From Phoronis australis (taxonomy: Eukaryota > Animalia > Phoronida), in contig NMRA01000186.1 of NCBI GenBank assembly GCA_002633005.1, forward strand, positions 599,479 to 663,478: a stretch of 64,000 bases of DNA, given 5' to 3'. Positions 62,501-64,000 of this stretch are shown one piece after another. The position numbers and the translations under genes were made by a program. Positions within the stretch are counted from its first letter, which is position 1. Each line of letters opens with the position of its first letter. Under the pieces are notes generated by a model. The model was given only the letters and a program-made list of their open reading frames with translations, was not told where the DNA came from and ran no database searches.

Positions 62501-64000
62501 AGGGTATTCCTGACCAGGTGTGAACCTGTGTGTGCCCTTTGGACACACCTGATAATAAAAAGTGTGCTCTTTTTCAAAAATTTGTGCCCAGTAGACAGTG
62601 AAATTAAAGTGGTGACATATGAAACAGAAACCCCAAGGGCAATCCATAATAGAATGCTGGGCTCGACCTGGGGTCGCCAATGTGACCTCAGATTGTGTTT
62701 GGCGACCTGGGAAAAATTCCAAGTCACCAAGATGTTGCCACTCATGGTTCCAGTTGACTTCAAAACTTGAAATTACTACAGATAAGTGTTTCTGGATTTA
62801 TTACGGCCTTTGATTCACAATATTGTTCCGTATATTTCATAAATTGAATACATTCTGCCACCACATTTAAATTACAACAGGAAGTAAACAGACAGAAGTT
62901 GGAATGTTCAGCAAAAATTGGATTCGCGCCAGTAGGCTATGCGATCCTCTGCGTCCTATGCTTGCTCATCGGTCGCCAGCAGGAACAGGGGTTAGAAACT
63001 GAATGTACGTATGTCTACGGGGAAAAGTAGAGAATTGAAAGGAAAATGAGTGCCTCCTTGGAAACGTCGGGGCCGATGATTTTGTTTTCAATTTTGGCAA
63101 CCTTAGATTTCGTTTGGCGACCAGGCATTTTTGCTAGGCGACTTGAATGACATTTACCTATAGGTGTTGAGCATTGGAATGCCAAAGTCACAGCTGGAGC
63201 CAAGCGATGCGTTGTCATTAGTAAACAGAAAACATAATTTACAATCAAATATTCGAAAACCTAAAGGGTCTATATATTACCTAAGTGGCTGCAAGTTGAC
63301 TAAATCTTGCATTTGAGTGTTGCCTTTTAAAAAATGCGCTGGGAGATGCACTGCTGCGATGTACTTGCACCTTTTTATTTTTATTCGCTAATGGCGGGTC
63401 CAGAATATACCTGGTGAAGGACGTGAGACTGAGGCAAACACGGAAATCTCGAAATGTCGAAACATGTCAAGACGGTTTAATTCCATCACTGTTTTTATAG
63501 ACAAGGAAGTGCAGAGGTAGGGAGAAGGGAAAGAGCATGGAGACAAAAAGACGGTGAAGGACAAGGTGAGACTGAGGCAAGAAAGAGGAAATGGGATGGA
63601 GGGAGGACAGAAAGAAAAAGGAGAAAGCTGTGTGAAGAAGCAGGTGAGACGGAGGTCAGGATGGGAGAACAGGAGTAGACGGGAAGATAAGAGGAGGAGA
63701 GAGGAAAGTTGACAAGGTAATTTGGAAGAGAAAGTGAGGTAATGCAAGAATGGGATTCATGCTACAAAATGAGGAGTGATGAACACCCACATTCAGCTTA
63801 ATGCATATTGTGAAATGTGGACAATGGCAATTGGATAATAAGAGACAAATAGTGAGCAGAAAAAATGAGATCCAAACAAGAAAACCATATTATAAAAACT
63901 AGTAGCCCGTTCAAAAATTGCACCCTGACTTCATTTGTCTTCAGTCACAGTCTCGGCTAACATACACTGAACTCCGACAGAAGTGACAATCAAAGAATAA

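Noticed and set aside
62095-62763. F/L/S/P-rich minus-strand ORFs (up to 204 aa; also 63388-63747)
   Set aside because: These are by-products of stop-poor pyrimidine tracts.

Overview
This is AT-rich, intron-containing animal genomic DNA. The repeat types suggest a marine invertebrate, probably a lophotrochozoan, but that is inference. There is one N-gap at about 40089-40105. Five genes or ORFs are supported. (1) An ELL-associated factor (EAF1/2) gene on the minus strand, with 6 identifiable coding exons from 33014 down to 2639 and an apparent ~25-kb gap before its last exon. (2) A class A GPCR nested antisense inside that gap (~9863-11119, probable last exon 13056-13381). (3) A PARP12/ZAP-like gene on the plus strand from 36943, with 5 CCCH fingers, a WWE exon and a first PARP-domain exon that carries an in-frame TAG; I could not find the remaining catalytic exons. 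(4) An intronless 401-aa orphan ORF on the minus strand. (5) An NKPD1/Kidins220-type four-TM KAP P-loop NTPase on the minus strand at the right end. The non-coding DNA is rich in mobile elements. The most striking signal is a Helentron-like (HINE) element family in three clusters, whose internal satellite is a ~435-bp trimer of ~145-bp monomers, nearly all carrying a co-oriented CTCF-consensus motif (CCACYAGRKGGCRC). Penelope-like retroelement ends form inverted repeats, two with target-site duplications, and contain minimal hammerhead ribozymes, one of them intact.
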